Part shown: in pieces, positions 62,580 to 64,000 of the stretch
Numbering within the stretch: the first letter of the stretch is position 1
How the letters are laid out: every line of letters begins with the position of its first letter
Assembly: GCA_963663765.2 (NCBI GenBank)
Contig: CAXXUA010000003.1
Coordinates: 32,001 to 96,000, forward strand
From: Candidatus Poribacteria bacterium
GTDB taxonomy: Bacteria; Poribacteria; WGA-4E; WGA-3G
Direction: 5' to 3'
DNA length: 64,000 nt
Position numbers and translations under genes: made by a program
Notes under the pieces: generated by a model
What the model was told of the DNA's origin: nothing
What the model saw: the letters and a program-made list of their open reading frames with translations, nothing else
The model's database searches: none

Positions 62580-63965
62580 TTGACTGACATACTCCCCAAG
62601 CTAAAGCATGGGGGTTCTTAGTTCTTATATTGGAAAAGGTTTGAGTTGTTTCCAAACGACTTTTCCTGCTTCCGTGTCTCGTGCCCTTTCCTGAACAGCG
62701 TTGGGTCTTATTTGCACTCCACAGGCGTGACTTTCGGTGTGCCCCACCGTAGTTGGTTTCAAGTTTATTGCAGCGTTGACATCTCTATCTATAGACATAT
62801 CACATTGACTGCAGTGATACATTCTTTCTGAAAGTGTAAGGTCTTTCTTTTTGTGTCCACAACCGGAACAGGTTTTACTACTTGCAAAGAACTGATCTGC
62901 TTCTTTGACAGGTATACCGCGCACTTCCGCTTTTGTCTTGAGTTTTAGCAGGAAACCGCCTAATGCTGAATCTGACAATACTTTTGCGAGGTTTCTGTTC
63001 TTCAGCATATTAGTAACCTTGAGTGTCTCAATACCGATCGCAGCGGCACGGTTGACAATCTCTGTATTTGCTTTGTGGTGTGCATCATTTCGGATACAAG
63101 CGATACAATAGTGGATACGTTCTAACTTGTGTTTCTGCTTGAACCAGTTTTTTGACTTGAAAACACGCCGGCTCAACTTGCGTTGTTCCCGCTTTAGTTT
63201 TCTCTCATAGCGTTTCAGAGGTCTTGGATTCTCATATTTCGTACCATTACTCAAGGTGGCAAGGGTGTTGATGCCTACATCTATACCGATAACAGGGTGT
63301 GTTGAATTGTCAACGACTTCGGTGTCCTCTGTTTCTACGGTGATAGATACAAACCAACGATGTGCTGTCCTTGAAATCGTCACGCTGATAATCTTCCCTA
63401 CAAAACGCAATGCTTGACGCATTTTGACCCAACCAACCTTAGGCAACCGGACCCTCTTGCCTTCAACTTTCACAGATTGTTCGTCTGTTGTCCATGTATC
63501 CCGAATCCCACGCTTTTTGAATCGAGGAAACCTCGCACGTTTGCTAACCCAATTCGTAATCGCTTGACCCAAATTCTTGATCGCATATAACGCTGCACGT
63601 TGATCTTGGGAACGTGTTCAATCATACTCTTTCTTCGTTTTATTGAAGTTAATGTTTAATGTCCGCCATGATTGGAAGGTGTCCTGATCTAAACCCGCTT
63701 TAAAATCTGATAACGCTTGATTGTAGGCAAACCTCGCATAACCACATTGCTGAGCAAACCATGTGCGTTGTTTGTTGTTCGGATTCAATGTAATCTTGTG
63801 TGTTTTGTAGGGCATACCTAACTCCTGTAGGGTGCTGACTTCCATTGACGTGGTGTGATAGGTGCGTCAACACCTATCACGGAGTCAGTCCTATAAGGAT
63901 ACCATAGAAGACATATAAATGTCAACGTTTTTTGACCCAAGCATAAATGCTTGGGATTGTCAGTT
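62580..63965 (-). mobile_element. IS200/IS605-family non-autonomous element (tnpB only)
   Basis: Right-end hairpin CCCCATGCTTTAGCTTGGGG then AGTATGTCAGTCAA; left-end hairpin CCCAAGCATTTATGCTTGGG; no tnpA between them. Ends are approximate. Confidence 0.75.
62625..63815 (-). pseudogene. tnpB: TnpB RNA-guided endonuclease with one in-frame TGA
   Basis: HTH (G.ARF.YN), RuvC GIDVG / IETL / DRDVNAAINL and a CxxC..CxxC finger. ORFs 63618..63845 and 62625..63572 are in the same frame, separated only by TGA at 63618-63620. Confidence 0.9.
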
Positions 63966-64000
63966 AATTCCCTTCAAAAACGTCTAACTAACTCCAATCC

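Noticed and set aside
63618-63620. TGA recoding (Trp, Gly or Sec) in tnpB
   Set aside because: TGA acts as an ordinary stop elsewhere (for example 2984-2986 and 38334-38336), and long genes lack internal TGA.

Overview
AT-rich bacterial window whose gene content resembles sponge-symbiont genomes such as Candidatus Poribacteria (inference, not verified): internalin-type LRR proteins, WD40, TPR and Fn3 proteins, DUF1501, sulfatases, a phytanoyl-CoA dioxygenase and a YPNPFNPETW C-terminal domain. It holds about 30 plausible CDSs, including a tandem array of five paralogous membrane-anchored proteins. There are four IS elements (two IS5, one IS630, one IS982), a nonsense-interrupted tnpB element, and a right-end island with a tyrosine recombinase and a Dam-type restriction-modification pair. 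The most striking structure is intergenic, a multi-level nest of non-coding mobile DNA. At least eight families of TIR-bounded MITE shells are present and most carry REP-like hairpins. One MITE family inserts into REP hairpins with a 19-bp duplication. A family of 34-36-bp 'hairpin + GTTGATTTG' micro-elements inserts at C^G inside REP stems and inside each other, with compensatory base changes in the stem. A duplicated promoter plus structured-RNA-like cassette lies between the RM genes and tnpB. No tRNA, rRNA, CRISPR array, cas gene or reverse transcriptase was recognised. All alignments were done by eye, so coordinates may be off by a few bases, and some frameshifts could be sequencing errors.
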